A stretch of 64,000 nucleotides of DNA from Hydrurus foetidus (taxonomy: Eukaryota). The notes beneath the pieces were generated by a model, which was given only the letters and a program-made list of their open reading frames with translations, ran no database searches and was not told where the DNA came from. Location: assembly GCA_900617105.1 (NCBI GenBank), contig UYFQ01000416.1:1-64000 (forward strand), in the 5' to 3' direction. Position 1 is the first letter of the stretch. Every line of letters begins with the position of its first letter. Made by a program: the position numbers and the translations under genes. Below, in pieces: positions 20,975 to 35,190 of this stretch.

Positions 20975-22343
20975 ATCCTTGCAGCCCACTACGACTGGAC
21001 ACTATTTAGTGGCTTTTCCATCCAGCTCACACTTGACGCTGCGTTTTAGACGCCGCTGAGATAATTTTCAGTCTCGGAACTGGGAAGTAATTGAGACGCG
21101 CGAGTGAGTTGAGTTTAGAAAAACAAGACGGAGCTACCGTATGCGTCATGCCACTTACGTTCCGGTATAGTGAACCCGCTGATCGATGTACCTTTCGTCT
21201 TTTGCCAGACAAATTGAAGTACTCCACCGACAACAAAATCTAGCTTATTTGTCTTTGTGGAGAAGAAGCCTGAATATTTCCGCCCCTTTCCCGCAAGTTA
21301 GAATAATTTTGGGACACAAATCAGATTGGAAATGATGTCGCCGTACCGGCTAGGATGATTTTTCTACGATGCTGATGGCGAACAAATGTTGAAGATGTGA
21401 AGCGCAGAAGAATGTTAAACAAAAAATGGTGCTTTCTAGCAAGGGTGCTTTCTCCTGTCTACACCCCCTTGTTTCTAGCATGATGATGTCACAGGGTCTA
21501 ACACTGTTCAGATCGATCATGGATTACATATTACGTACGAACGAGAAACAGAACAACGCACTATAGAAGCGTAAATGCCTCTTGAAATAAGAATACGCAT
21601 ACAGCAGCAAAAACAACTGCATATCAGATGCTGTTGATGGAGATCTCTGTAAAGCAGTTGCAACCGTTAGAGAAATTCGGAAACAAGAACGGCAGATTGC
21701 AGAGTGAAGAATGAGGATGTCATACGGTGTAGCTCCGCAGTTCAGTGGTCGTTACGAATTATAGATAGCATTGGTCTCTGCAACAGAAAGTTTTACCGTG
21801 CTCATGATAGAAGTATGAATTGATCGGTAGAACATTCATCATGGTACTTGCACCAACTACTGGTCATTGATGAAGACAGCACTGAAATGCAGAATATAAG
21901 GCTGATGACTTGAAGGAAGCACCTCTATCGGAATCGCTTCATCAACCGACATAACTTCGATTTCTGCATATCCCCATGGAGTGATTCCACTCCTATGACG
22001 CACTTCAAGGCAACCTTTCTGTCACCGAACCTTCTTTCACCAAGAGCAAATCTCTCGCATCATGGTAACCGTACAGTAACTGCAGATCTGCCATTGTAGA
22101 CTCCTTGATTATGCTTCCTCCATGAGAATTGTTCATAGAACCCAGTATGGATAAATCTATCTCAAGTGTGTGTCGTTGAAATATTTCTCATTACTCATCA
22201 ATAGTCGGAATAGAGTCTGTGTCAGAAGAAAATGAAGGATACTTCGCATGCTCATCAAATTAAATAGATACATGCTAAGTTGCTGAACATCACAAAGTAG
22301 CTGATTATGTACAATCCACTTTCGGTGACAATCGTAGAGATGA

Positions 22344-22917
22344 TTATTGGACATTGACAAGGCGTTCATGATCTCCTAATGACAAGTATTTACCACATAA
22401 ATTCTTCATCTTAGCTTCTGTATACTGCTGGGAGTTAATTTCCATGTCCCTCTCCATCTTCTTATAATCCTCGCCATATTTATTTATACAATTTACAACA
22501 TATTTTTGGTCATGCTCAGACATTTTTCTTCTCCTTGGATTCTTCTCCCTTAGATCGTCACTCTCAGGTATGACAGCAAAGCCCATGAACGCAGCGTTTT
22601 TCTTCTGGCTACCACCGATAACAGGTTGTGACCTGCGATTGAAGTGATTTGGGTCCGCATCTAGTCCAAAAGATGCCAAACTTTGCGGTGTATGAAAGAT
22701 TTGACAGTTTAATTAGAAATGCTATTGGATTCATTTTTAATGGACGGGCACTTTACAGCTCTTCAACTTACTTCTCAGCCGGTGATTTATTCTTGTCATA
22801 GGCATCCCTCATGTTTTGGGGCACGCCAGAGGCTGCTTTCACAGCTCTGTGCACGGGACCTTTCCTGGCCACCTTCTGGTTTCTTCTTCTTTTCTTGGCG
22901 GTTCCGTGTTTCACCAT
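22344..22917 (-). CDS. NOP16: Nucleolar protein 16 (60S ribosome biogenesis), 2 exons
   Basis: Exons 22772-22917 and 22344-22680 with a GTAAGT..AG intron give 483 nt in frame. Motifs YDKNKSPAENLASFGL and KYGEDYKKMERDMEINSQQYT match the Nop16 family. Confidence 0.85.
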
Positions 22918-23376
22918 GTTGAACTTTTTGAAAAGTCTTCAAGGTTGGGTGGGTTAATTCCTAGGCAGAAGCAAAGATCACTTCTTGTCAGTTGCCGTCT
23001 TCTGAATACTACGTCTCCATTCCAGTTTACAGCCAACATGATGAGTCGAAGGGTCGAGAGAGTCGAGAGAGTCGAGAGTGAGAACCCGCCATTTTTTGAC
23101 CAATCATTTGAAGAAATTATACCGCTCACCGCTTAAGATTGTAACTGTATCAACGGTAGATCCGCTTATTCAACAGTCATGTGAAGACCTAGCTAAATGA
23201 ACTATGCCCACTATCTGAATTCAAAATCAACGTGAGGTCCTGCGTTGCACCGGCTTACATTGATTTCTGCCGGCAGCCGCGGAATCCACTTGTGAAATGG
23301 TGTCCGTGAGACTGCTATGAGATGAATTACGTAGCTGGTGCGCAATAGAAATCTTCAGAGGCTCAATTAATCTGTG

Positions 23377-24198
23377 ATGCAAACAAAAATGTTGAATCAA
23401 ACAATCGGTCTCTTTATTCTATTGGGCCTTATTTGTGGTCTTTTCCAACGTTGCTCTGGTTTCATAAACGGTGGTCATGTCGTATTTCGCCGCTCCTTCG
23501 ATCATGGATTGAACTTTCTTCGTGCTGAAGAATCAAAATACTCTGAATCAGTGTCCGACAAAGATGAGCATTATATGCGGCTTGCTCTTCGCCATGCACA
23601 GCATTCCTTTCGTGAGAAAGAGGTGCCGATTGGAGCTGTCATCGTTGACAGCATGGGTATCATTCTCGCCACCTCTAGGAATGAAGTAGAAGGAAAGAAG
23701 GACGTAACGGCGCATGCAGAAATATCTTGTATTCGAAAAGCTGCCGAAATGAGAAATAATTGGAGACTTCATGACTGTACCTTGTATACAACTTTAGAGC
23801 CCTGTCCTATGTGCATGGGAGCTATACAGGCTAGCAGAATAAAGAGGGTGGTTTATGCTGCACCTGACATCAGAATGGGTGCATGTGGATCGTGGATTAA
23901 TTTACTGGAAGCAAAGCATCCATTTCATGATGTTGAAGTTGCTGGTGGAATGCTACAGGAAGAGTCATCAATTCTGATGAAACGGTTCTTTCAAATGAGA
24001 CGCAGGGAGGCAGTATCAGTGGCTGCTGCTATGAAGAACACCAGTGAGAGCAATTTAGAAGGCTCCACTAATGAGAAAGTTGGCATTACTGCTGAGTCAG
24101 AGAGCATCATCTCATCCATTATTCCTAAGGTGACTGCTCCTCCTGAACAGGCACACGTAGACAGAGGCTACGGCATGAAGGAGTCGCTAGGCGCATGA
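23377..24198 (+). CDS. tadA: tRNA-specific adenosine deaminase, bacterial TadA type, with signal + transit-like presequence
   Basis: EVPIGAVIV, AHAEI, NWRL, TLEPCPMC and GAI..SRI motifs; N-terminal hydrophobic signal ending CSG|F. Confidence 0.9.
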   Translation: MQTKMLNQTIGLFILLGLICGLFQRCSGFINGGHVVFRRSFDHGLNFLRAEESKYSESVSDKDEHYMRLALRHAQHSFREKEVPIGAVIVDSMGIILATSRNEVEGKKDVTAHAEISCIRKAAEMRNNWRLHDCTLYTTLEPCPMCMGAIQASRIKRVVYAAPDIRMGACGSWINLLEAKHPFHDVEVAGGMLQEESSILMKRFFQMRRREAVSVAAAMKNTSESNLEGSTNEKVGITAESESIISSIIPKVTAPPEQAHVDRGYGMKESLGA

Positions 24199-24920
24199 TC
24201 GACAGCTGGGACAATTACGTTTTGTACTCTTCACGAGACAGGATTGTGAGGATCTAGGATCTATCACACACATTGCAATGCTGGGTGCTGCTAGTTGCTT
24301 CTCATCGAGCCTGCGGGACCATGGAATTTGTGTCACATGCGAAGGAACGTTCTTCCAAGTAATGCACTGTACTATGTCACATGAGAATCCACGGGACAAC
24401 ATCAATCATCTCGAAAGTGGATTGGTCCCATGCGTGGCCACGCTAAATACTGCATGGAAGTGAAGTGATATGCGATTCAGTGCTACACCCTGTAAAGTGC
24501 CACATGACTTACACTGACACAACTGCACCATCTCGGCATGAAGAACGTCTTTACATAGTTGCGATATTCAAATAGAGCATGAAAAGCCTGACTTGAATTA
24601 AATACAGTTTAATTGTTGACGAGGAAGGTCAAGTTACCCACAACTCATATAAGAATGTAATTTGAGAGCCCAGGAGTAGCATGAGATTTTTCAGTTAGTG
24701 GGCAGAATAATCAAATAAATTTAAGGCACGAATCAACTGTATCTTCAATCTGGAGATATGAAGAGACAAGTGACTCATGAAAAAGCGATTATCAAGCAGT
24801 CAGAGCTTGGACCGGAGATTCCAGATAATCATAGCTGCAATATCCCTTCCAAACATTGTACTGAACACAGAAAAAAACAAAAAATCTATACAATCGGATA
24901 CAGCCACACCGACTGTCTCT

Positions 24921-27900
24921 TCAGTGGTTGCCACTGACCGCACCTACAACACTCTTGGAGTAGATTCCGAACTGCAGGTCCAGGGGCCCAGAGGAAAAGG
25001 CACTAGCCTCTTCCAACAAGTTAAACCAAGTTATTATGTCGTAGATGTTACTCCCGTCTAACTTGCTCTTTTTCCTGTACTCCTCTTCGTCATCGTCATC
25101 ATCGTATATACCTGAGCCAATTAAACACTTCTTCAACATCTCTTTGCGCGTCTCCCAACACACCGCTAGTGTCCTCTCCGCTACCTCCCCATATGAGAAG
25201 ACAGCAGCAGTATCACCCACATGAGATGTGGAATGCAGATCCACGGACCCGTTGGCTATACTCGACAATGGCACCTGGCTGCGCACATCCTCTTTGATCT
25301 GCATGCAGCCCGGACTGCTCTCCTTGTCTGCCATGCGTGTGAGCATCGACACCATGACGCAGTTGTCCCAGTGGCGAAGGGAGAGGTCGTAGTTGAAGGC
25401 AGGCCTCAAGGGATTGAAGACGTTCAACCACCCCACACGGGATATTATCTCGTGCTGTGCGTCACTCTTAAGTGACCTTAAGATATACACAAAGTTGTGC
25501 AAGTCGCTGATACGCGATATCAGACACACAACGACTCTCGCCTTCACGAGAGATGAGTCTTGCGCAAAGTAACTCGTCAAAATTTGCAGTACCTTCTTAA
25601 CAGGAAAATAGTAGTCTGCCGCTGCTAGTTGCATTTCGAGCAGCAGGTAGGTGATGGAGGTGCTGTCGAGGGATCTTCTGGACACTAGTCCCAGCTGACC
25701 CATAAGTGTGTCGAACTGGGCATCAGAAATCTCTGTGTTGTCCTCGTCATTATCTTCGTAGTACGACAGCTCAGGATGATCGGGTCCAGGGTCCGCGTCT
25801 TTCGAAGCGCTAACTGTGTGTAGATGAGAGTCATTGCTACGAGCCCTCACACTGTGCTCCGTGCTCCTCACACGCAGACCGCCTTCCCTCTCCCTGTAAC
25901 TCTCCCTATCCCCGCCTCTGTCTCTGTCAAGGCTGCCCCTCAGATCGCCGTCCCTGTCCCTGTCCCTATCCCTGTCCCTCTCTACGATAGAACACACACT
26001 GCCGCTACTGCGTCTTCTGCCGCTGTCCCACTTCTTCTCCCTCTTGCGGTCCGTTAGTCCCCCCTCTGACCCGCTGTATCGTAATAGTGAATGGGTAGAA
26101 ATCATTATGAAATAGGAGAGAAAGGAGAAGTATATTCGAGGGCAGGAAAGAGAAGTGAAGCTACCTTGGCCAAGACTGATACTGAGACTGACGAATTATG
26201 TGAGAACAGGGATGTGCATGTATGTGCGATGAACAACTGTACCTTGGATTGTCGTAGAGGCTGTCGTTATCATCGTCAGGGGGGTAGTACAGATCGGCCG
26301 GAGGGGGGCGGTTGGTTCCAATATAATCTAAGTCAAAAAAATTTGGTGATTGAATTAGGCGAAGTAGAGACATTGTTCGGTTGATTGTCATCATCGATTG
26401 TTGAGAGGTAGGCTGGTGTCCTAGAGACGCTGACCTCTCCATGGAATGAGTGATATCAGAGCAAGACAGACGCTGCAAAGAACAGCAATATCATCCTCCA
26501 GTGCTGCACACTCCTCTACATTTATACTTACCGAACTCCAAAAATCCTGAGGTGGGTATGTCGGACAGAAAGTTGTCATCTATCACGAATGCCCCAGGGG
26601 TTAAAGTGTTCAGCTTCTCGTTACGGAAGTTGAACCAGTTACCCTGGATAACGATGAGGGAGAGGGGTGTCGATTAGGGAGACCATGTGGAAGTGTTGAG
26701 GGAGTGGTGCAAGATTAGAAAAAAAAAACTAAAAATAAATATAAGAAAACAGTACAAATAAAATAAAGAAAAAAGAATGGAGATAAATTTATCAGAGATG
26801 ATAAGAAGAGACGTGGTGAAGCTGGATCTTACAGGATTACAGGACGTGGTGAAGCATGACGGTCATTACAGGCTGATGGTGTACACTAATATCTGTCATC
26901 CTATCTTCTCTCATCCCCACCTTCTGGCTGGTGTCATCTCTCCCGGAGTGATCTCTGCTGTAGTAGGCCTCTTCGGTATTTAGATCCACGATCCTAAGGA
27001 ACAAAGCCCTATGGGACCGGTTAGACAAATCCAGTCTCCACCTCCCTGTTGGGTTGCTACGGGAGAATTTGAACACCTCGAAGGTCATGGCTGAATGGGA
27101 GAAGAGTAAGGATAAGGGCAGGGGTAATAGGGAAGGAAATGAAGGTTAGGGCATAGGAGTTAGGGGAGGCGAGAGGTGTTGGTGGGGAAGATACGCGAGG
27201 GAGATGGGGGCGGGGGTAGATGAGTACATCGAGGTCGAGGTGAAGCTGGAGATAGTGGAGGAGAAAATATGACGGAAAAGATGATTTCAGCGCTTTGTAT
27301 GGCAAGTCTCAGCAGCAGCGTATTAAAACAAGAAGAGGAACAGGTTATGATGGTGCTGATCGCATGATACAGAGAAATGCGACAACAACTTCTCATCGTT
27401 TATCTCTTCCAGCACAATATGACACACATGAATCCTATCAAGAAGACGAAAAGTTGTGAGCTTTTACAATTAATAAGACAATTCAAGTCTCACAGTTTGC
27501 TATGTCTCTTCTTTCCCTTGACGATGAGTTGCGGTACAGAAAGTTAAATTTGTTTTTCTCATCCAATAGTCCGACCCAGAGGAATTCGACTGCAAAAAAA
27601 TGTACGGAAGAAGAGACGGCGAAATGTGTAATAATATGACGCGGATATCGAGCTGTTACCGGAGAAGTCAAAATATAACGTGATGTCATAAGATGCGATG
27701 TAAAATGAGGTTGCAAGAAATGATATAAAGTGATGTCGTATCAAATGATATGATATCACATGATGCGATGTCACATGATCGAAAGTCGCTAAGATTCCAG
27801 AATGTAGAATATCAAAATCGAGTACTTCCTATCTGCAGGGTGGTGATTTCGCTTTGGTATCGTATCACAAAACGCTCACACTGCTTCTCAAGGTCAGGGC

Positions 27901-30900
27901 AGTGCGAACATATTCCTCTCTTTCCTCCTTCCTAGACTCCTCAATTCCTTCACCTCCCACTCGGCTACCTCATAACCCTGCACCCCCTGCAATGACTTTT
28001 CTTCCATCTCTACTCCCTCCCCTCCTCTAAAACCCCTTCGCTGCACTTTATTGCACTGCACTGTATTGCACTGCACTGCACTGTACTGTACTGCACTGTA
28101 CTGTACTGTACTGCACTGTACTGCACTGTACTGTACTGTACTGCACTGCACTGCACTGCACTTTACTGTACTACACTGTACTGCACTCCTTTTTTCTCTA
28201 CTGCACTAGCTTACACTCCACTCCATTCCTCTCCCAACTCTCTCCACTGCTGCTTCTTACCGACATCAGCAGCCGTGGTGGCTCCGGCTGTTCCGACCAA
28301 CTTCGAGACCTTCAAGAAATCGATGAGATCCTGGCCCTTTGATTCCAAGTACAATAGTGATAAATTAAAAGAAAATGTGTGTACGTGAAATACCACGAAT
28401 TATGATTCTATAAGAACGATTCTTCGTCATTCTTTAAGTAGATAAAAGTATTGGTATTCAGCGCCACAGTGTGTTTGACAAATATCATGCCATCAGACAA
28501 ACACACACGCAAAGATGAAGAGACAGACAGAAAAACCTACACACAGTACACACAGATGTACACACTTACTTGTGCAGTGGTCAGTTGGATATCGCAGCAT
28601 ATCAGCTTGAGCCAGCACCTTCTGTCAGCATCAGTCAACGCCTTCTGCACAATGTTCTTCATCGCCAATAGCCCTTCCGCTGGTAACATTCTTTGTTCGA
28701 TAGTTTCTTTCATAACAATTTAATGACAAAAATAGGGATAGAAATAGAAGATAAAGACTCAGACACAGAACGAAATCAAAGCTCTCAGACACAATGAAGT
28801 ATAAACGTAAATAAGAGAGGAAACAGGGAGACACAATAGATTCTGTAAGACATGTGGATATGAGAAATGGACGGCATACCCATTTTTTGCTGATGAATGA
28901 CTAGGAGATCGTCTGCAGGTGAGAAGGGCACGCGCCCTATCTCCAGCTTGAGAGAGCCACCACTACGAGCAGAGTAAATCAGGAATGTTAGAAATAGAAA
29001 ATGAGGAAAATTAGAGAAGAAATAAGCGAATTGTGGAGGGACGAGAGGAGGAGAAGAGTGAGAGGAGGAGAAATGGATGACAGGAGGTGGAGAGGAGTGG
29101 AAAGAGAAGGCGAGAAGAAAGAGGGGGAAAGGAGAGAAGGTGGAGAGGAAGAAGAGAGTGTGGAGAGGATAGGAGAGCGTGAATACGCTATTGGATAGAG
29201 AGCTGTTATCTGTCACTAAGCATCGTTACCAACGTACAACAACTCATGATAGTGCTCGTACCTCTTCACGACAATGCCTCCCCCTTGAGCTGCATTCAAC
29301 GGAGAGTACATCCCTGTAGGGCTGTCTTTGTACATCAGACTCTCGAACTAAATACAGTCAAAAAGTACGATAAATAACAAATTGTATCGTGCCAAGATTT
29401 TTGTAAGGGAAAATTGCATGTGTGAGGAATGGGGACATTGATCATACTGCATGTGTGCGTAATGGAAGGTGGTGTGAGGCGCATCAGGCAGAGGAGACCT
29501 TTCAATAGATGGGATTGTGGGTTTGGGTGGTGGAATTTATCACCTGGAATAGTCCAAGATCCTCGTCTGCCAGTGTTGTCAGTTCAGATAGAACTGCGAT
29601 GCTGTATTGCTGGGGTGTGTGTGTGGTGGAAGAAGGCAAGGGGTAGTTAAGGTGTAATTCGGGTGCAGGATCCTATCGTGTAGAGATGTGCAATATATAA
29701 TGTTGCGTCATTTAAATTGGTGTGATAATACGCGATATGATATAACGTGGATTCATGTGATGTGGCATGGTTGAGCATGTCGCATTAATCCAGGTGAAGC
29801 GGTTCACTATCTTCTGGTGTGGTGTGATATGTTTAGATGTACTGTAGCACATTACAGTGCAATGCGATGCAATGCAGAGTGGTGTGATGCAATGTGGTGC
29901 AGCGCAATCCAGTGCGGTCTTGTAAGATGCAGTGCCGTACAGTGCAGTGCAGTGCAGTGCAATGCAGTGTAAGGCAATGCAATTTAGTGTAGCGTGATGC
30001 AACACAATGCTATGCAATGCAGCATAGCTCAGTACATTGCGTTGTGAAGACACTTTCCCCTCTTACCTGGCAGAGATCCAGTACGTATGGGGAGTCCAGC
30101 TCAGGGTACGTGTAGTCCAGAACATTCTTCTCTATAGGTACGTACGTACGATGAATGCTCGTGAGTGGGAGATGTATGGAGTGAGTCATTCTAAGGGGGA
30201 CCTGAATGACGTTGGGTCTTTCGGCGCTGATTGCAACCAGTGTGGCAGTACGCGGAGATGTTCACATCGCAGAGAAAGAAGATACAGCCAGGAGGGCATA
30301 CAACAGCTGAATTGAAGTAACGCCCCGTGTCCACGCTGTCCATCAACACAGTAATACACTGATGTACACGAGATAGTGTCACGTACCTACAGCATACGTA
30401 CAGTCGTTGAGCAGTACGTTACACTTGAAGTGATCTCCCAGCAACATCTTCCTAAGTAGAGACCGAGTGCCCGCCTCCCCCAAAGGGTTACCGGATAGAT
30501 TCAACTCCCTCATACTGGCATGCATCGACAGCACCTGGGAATAGAGATGGAGAGGGAGTTTGTATTAGAAAGGAGGGAGTGTATGCGTGTGTGAGGGTGC
30601 TGTGGTGTGCATGTAGGTATAGACACATGCACGTGATGCACAAGAAGGGAGCAAGAAACAGTGCAACGAGCAGTTTCAAATGACAAGATGCGCCACGAGG
30701 ATCTCAATAAGAACCAACGCAGGATGCAGCTTACTACTCCAATAACGAATGGGGAGGTAGACTAACATTTGCAAAAACGAAACACGCGCTGCTCTTGATG
30801 TTGTTTCGGGACAGGTCCAGCGTCCGCAGAGTGACGTTTGCTCCTCGACCAACACTCCCTGAAGGGGAAGGATGATGTTGTGATGTAGTGTGATAGTGTG

Positions 30901-33900
30901 TGAGATGGTGTGGGATAGGATTTGAAGGCGGAGGGAAGGTACGAGGATCGTCTGCCAGACCACGTTACGATGCACTGCACTGCAGCACAACACATTGTGT
31001 GACATCGCAGTGGATCAAATCAAATCAAATCAAATCACATCACATCAAATCACATCACATCACATCGCATCACAATGGACTGCGTTACATGGCGCTGTGT
31101 CACATCAAATTTATTGCACTTTATGCACATCTGCAGAGAGCACTACATCCTATCACAAGAGCAACACAACAGCTCCTACAATTTCAGTCCGTTGCGCCCC
31201 AATTATCACCTTGTTGTGTCTGCAAAGAAGATGCGAGGGACTGAGCGCCTGAGTCTCCTATAGCACACGAACTCAACTTCAAGTGCGTCAGTGTTTTATT
31301 CGCAATCAAAGCCACTGCCAAAAGTGCAGCACCATTGGTGCCAATGTTGGAGCTTGAGAGGTCCAAGGACCGCAATCTGCATATTCTGGATGCTGCCAAG
31401 TACGCACTGATGCTCTGCACTGCAGAGAGATCTATCCGGTTGAGAGAGATATTCATGTCTTGCAGAGGACTGGGAAGTCTGTAGAGATGAAGACATTTAA
31501 ATAGCGCACCCACCTCCTTGGGCGTCAGTCTACACTCTGATATATCCAAGTAGGAAAGGCAGTTTCTGTCTTTTAAGAACATCGTTAGGGCACTTGCTCC
31601 ATTCCCTGTGAGGGAGTTCTTGGATAGGTCCAGTCTCACTACAGGGGCTGTGGATATGTTCTTGATAATCGGACAGATGGACAGGCTGCTCAGTCGGTTG
31701 TCACAAAGTCCGAGAGTGCTCAGGGTAGGCAGACCGAGCAATCTGATTGTTGATACACAAGATGATGAGATGGTGATAGGTCTTTAAAGATGATTCAGAG
31801 GACTTACCAGGAAATAAGATAGGTAGATAGATAAAGTATTAGATTCACAGAAAAAATGAGTAAATAGGGAATAGATAGTTTGAAATAGAAAAAGCGCCAA
31901 CCTTTAGACAACACTCAAACAATAGAAAAGAAAAAGCTTTAAAAGTGGAGAATTTAAGATGTCAGCACTCACCCTTGAGCGAGGCACAGACCGTGGGTAT
32001 CTCCAACTCCAAAGTTAGACAGATCGACAGTGACTTGAAGGTGGGAGGAGTACGAAGCCTTTTGAAGGAACTCTGAAGGAATGCGGCCAGCATCAAGCTG
32101 TGCTAGTAAAAGAGAATCTTCTGCTGTCTTTAATTGTTCCTGGAGATCGGATCCAGGGTCCACGGTGGAGCGCGTGTGGGTGGGTAGACCGTTGCTGCTA
32201 GAAGGACGGGATTCTGCAGTGGACAGAGTTTTGCTGCTTGAGTTCGCGCTGCTCTTACTACTGTCATTGGGCATCAACAACTTCCGCTCCTTGATGGCTG
32301 ATATGAACTTATAGTTGTAACTGTGTAACCCTTGGGCCGGACGGATCCGTATTCCGGGCCCCGTGTCCAGGATCTTGAGGGTGGACAGCCCCCCTACTCC
32401 TATCCCTGGATATGTTGAGCCAGCAGCCGATGTCCTGACATTCTGTAGATGGTGAGGGGAGGGAGATGGAATCAAAACGCATGATAGCAGCGGTGACATA
32501 TTGAGCAGAAACCAAGAAGATGAATTAAATAAGGCCGGATTGGTACACAGACACAAAGACATCAACACGCACATAAAGGACAAACAAGTACACTATCAGA
32601 GATAAGACAGATAAACTTGATAGGAGAAAAGACACACACACAGACTGACTATCCTCTGACAGACATGACAGGACTTAACATCCTGCGGAATAGAAAACGG
32701 AAAACACAAGATGGAAGGAAGTGACCTTGTACCTTGTCGATCAGTTGGTGCTGCACTGCATTCAAATTCTGGAACAAAGATGAACGTAATTCTCTCGACA
32801 CATTTTCTTTCTCTGAGATCTGTCCCGTGGCTGATGTGTCGAATGTCACTGATTTGTTCCGCTGGTCCGCTGTCTTCTTCTCATTCCTGAGCTGCGTTTA
32901 GAATATGTGAAGAATGGAAATATGATAAGCACGGATAAGATAGCTAGGACGGACATGATTGAAAGAGGCGCAAATTGCTGCAGAATAAATGAAAAGAAAG
33001 AAAAAAACGTAAGGAATGGAACGGAATGTAAATATATAACAAGCTTCAATAAACAGAGATAATTCCCACTGAGCATAGCAGCGATTTGTCATGTACACTT
33101 TATACGGTGTAATGCATACAGTAAACTGTGAGGCGCCCACCCGGTAGTAAAGAAGACCCTCCTGAGTATCTTCCATCCCCAAAGGGATAAAGTCACTAAG
33201 TATACTGCGCTCCCTGACCAAGGCGCGCAGATCGGATACCTCAGCAGTAAAGTTAATCTTCTCTAAATTCTCGGAATTGAGTTCGGAAGGGGTAGAGGGG
33301 GTACTTGGACTTTCGCTGACGTCACTATTCCTCCTAAGGATGACGTCATCGAATATCATGCTGCTGCAAGCCCTCCTGATCTCCATATACTGATATGAGT
33401 AAGATTGAACAGGCAGACCATTAAGCGGATGAAGAATATTCTGATATACACGCCGAGATAAATATTCATCTTAAATGATGCGTTGCAGAGTGTGATTCTC
33501 TTTGAACGTTTGACTCAAATGTGAGTGTATAGCAGTGCATGGGAAGGGCAGCATCTTTTACGCAGACAACAGCGCAGCGGTGTGAATGTTCAGAGCTCTT
33601 ACAGTATCTTTCGTGATCTTTTCTGAATTTGTCAGCACTGGTTTGATGGTTGTGAGTGAGTTCCTTTTCGCTTTGACTCCATTAACATAATGAGTGTTTA
33701 TGCCAGTAATTTGATTGAGTCTTTTCCTCAGGAACTCTTCACCCTTTCTGTCTATTTCTACCAACAAGTCCTTTTCTTTTAAGTTTATCGGCTTTCCTTC
33801 TGGATCTGTTCGGATGACGTCACCCACTGTCACAGACCAACGAGGAATTACAGGAGTGCGACTTTCCCGTTTAATTTTGTTGTCTATGTCAGCGACTTGT

Positions 33901-34477
33901 TTCTGATCCATCACATTTTTCGAGAGAGCAACCTGATAAAGAAATTTTGATTGTAAGAAAGCGGTGATTGAAAGGGCAAAACTACCATGGCATCCGAGCG
34001 CTACGATAACATACGTCAAAGTCGAGAAAACTCTTCTAGCTACTTCCTAGCTACCTAATAGTGTAGAAGTGCACACGTGGATCTTACCTGAGGACAGCTG
34101 GTATCATCATATTTACAGCGCTGCAAACTTGGATACACAAACTCTTCCAAAGGAAGCTCAAATGAGGCTTTCCATTCAAGAGTCCTGCCGTTCAAGATGG
34201 ATCCATCCCTGCCATTAGTACCGGAATAAGTGAATTCATACATTTTTTGCGGTTGCTTCCTTTCCGCCTCGATATCATCATTGATTTTGCTGTTGTTGAA
34301 ACAGCTTGAAGCAGCGAGGAAGTCCAATTGACTCGGAAGAATTTCCCGCCCCTGTTCAGAAGATTGCATTGTAGGCTTTCTTTTCATGTGCTGAATTTTT
34401 CTGATTCCACTTGTTTTCACCGGAGAAATGCTGCGCCTCTTCGGGCTGAAGTTCTCAGTCATTATCACTGCCATCAA
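24921..34477 (-). CDS. Large multi-exon RNI-like leucine-rich-repeat protein (exon boundaries only partly resolved)
   Basis: LRR exon 31184-31741 (LGLCDNRL, LDLSKNSL, LDISECRL, LDLSSSNI). Further coding exons at 34088-34477, 33603-33932, ~33140-33389, 31973-32445, 26915-27090 (NPTGRWRLDLS..DTSQK), ~26530-26645 (GNWFNFRNE) and a last exon to 24921, with GT-AG junctions. Confidence 0.7.
28042..28187. repeat. Intronic pentamer microsatellite (CACTG/TACTG)n
   Basis: Degenerate tandem CACTG/TACTG array. Confidence 0.9.
31016..31072. repeat. Intronic pentamer microsatellite (CAAAT)n/(CACAT)n
   Basis: Tandem ATCAA units followed by ATCAC units. Confidence 0.85.
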
Positions 34478-35190
34478 AATTTATCGCCTTGCATCATGAT
34501 CGCGAGAAAAGTCGTTACTGCATAAAATAAAGGTGAATTGCAGCACTTTCTCAGCGTAGATTCCTTTTCGGACAACTTATAATTGCTGTTGCTCCGAATA
34601 AAACTGTACATGGTCCGAAGTGAAGTCATTTCGAAGTTCGAAGTGAGCTGAAAACTGAATTCCAGACTCGGGTGCCCCATACTAATATTTATGACTATGA
34701 TACTATATATGATCACTTTTACTTTTTAAAACCCAATATGATCGAAAGAGTACGGATATTATCGCTGTTTCGACCTTCACTCTATTCTATATCATAATTC
34801 GCTGCATAGCCCTGTTACTCTAATCTACGTTTCCATCATCTTGGCAATTGATCGTTCTCGTCGCTACGGAGTGCCATGGTCAAACGTTTACAATTTGTCC
34901 GATAATCGTCGTAGTCACGCTAAATTATCTAGCGGACAGCCAAATATTTCTGAGTTTTCTAGCGGACAGCCAAAAAAAGTTATCATTCACAACTACAACA
35001 TTTCAGATCCGTTGAAAGTTTATACATCCATTTTTGATTTCCAACTCGAATTTACAATTTACCATTTTTCGAATTATTAGTCTTCAATTATCAATTATCG
35101 TTTCAACCAGTTCGACGCTCCAGCTTCATAGTTACAAATCAAGCCACCAGGATCATCAGTGGCCCAGCGAGACTTACTTCAAAGGTAAAC

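Noticed and set aside
21300..22340. Possible box C/D snoRNA cluster downstream of NOP16
   Set aside because: Several TGATGA/CTGA-like words occur, but I found no convincing terminal stems or long rRNA-complementary guides. It may be plain intergenic DNA or a decayed ORF; snoscan or Infernal would be needed.
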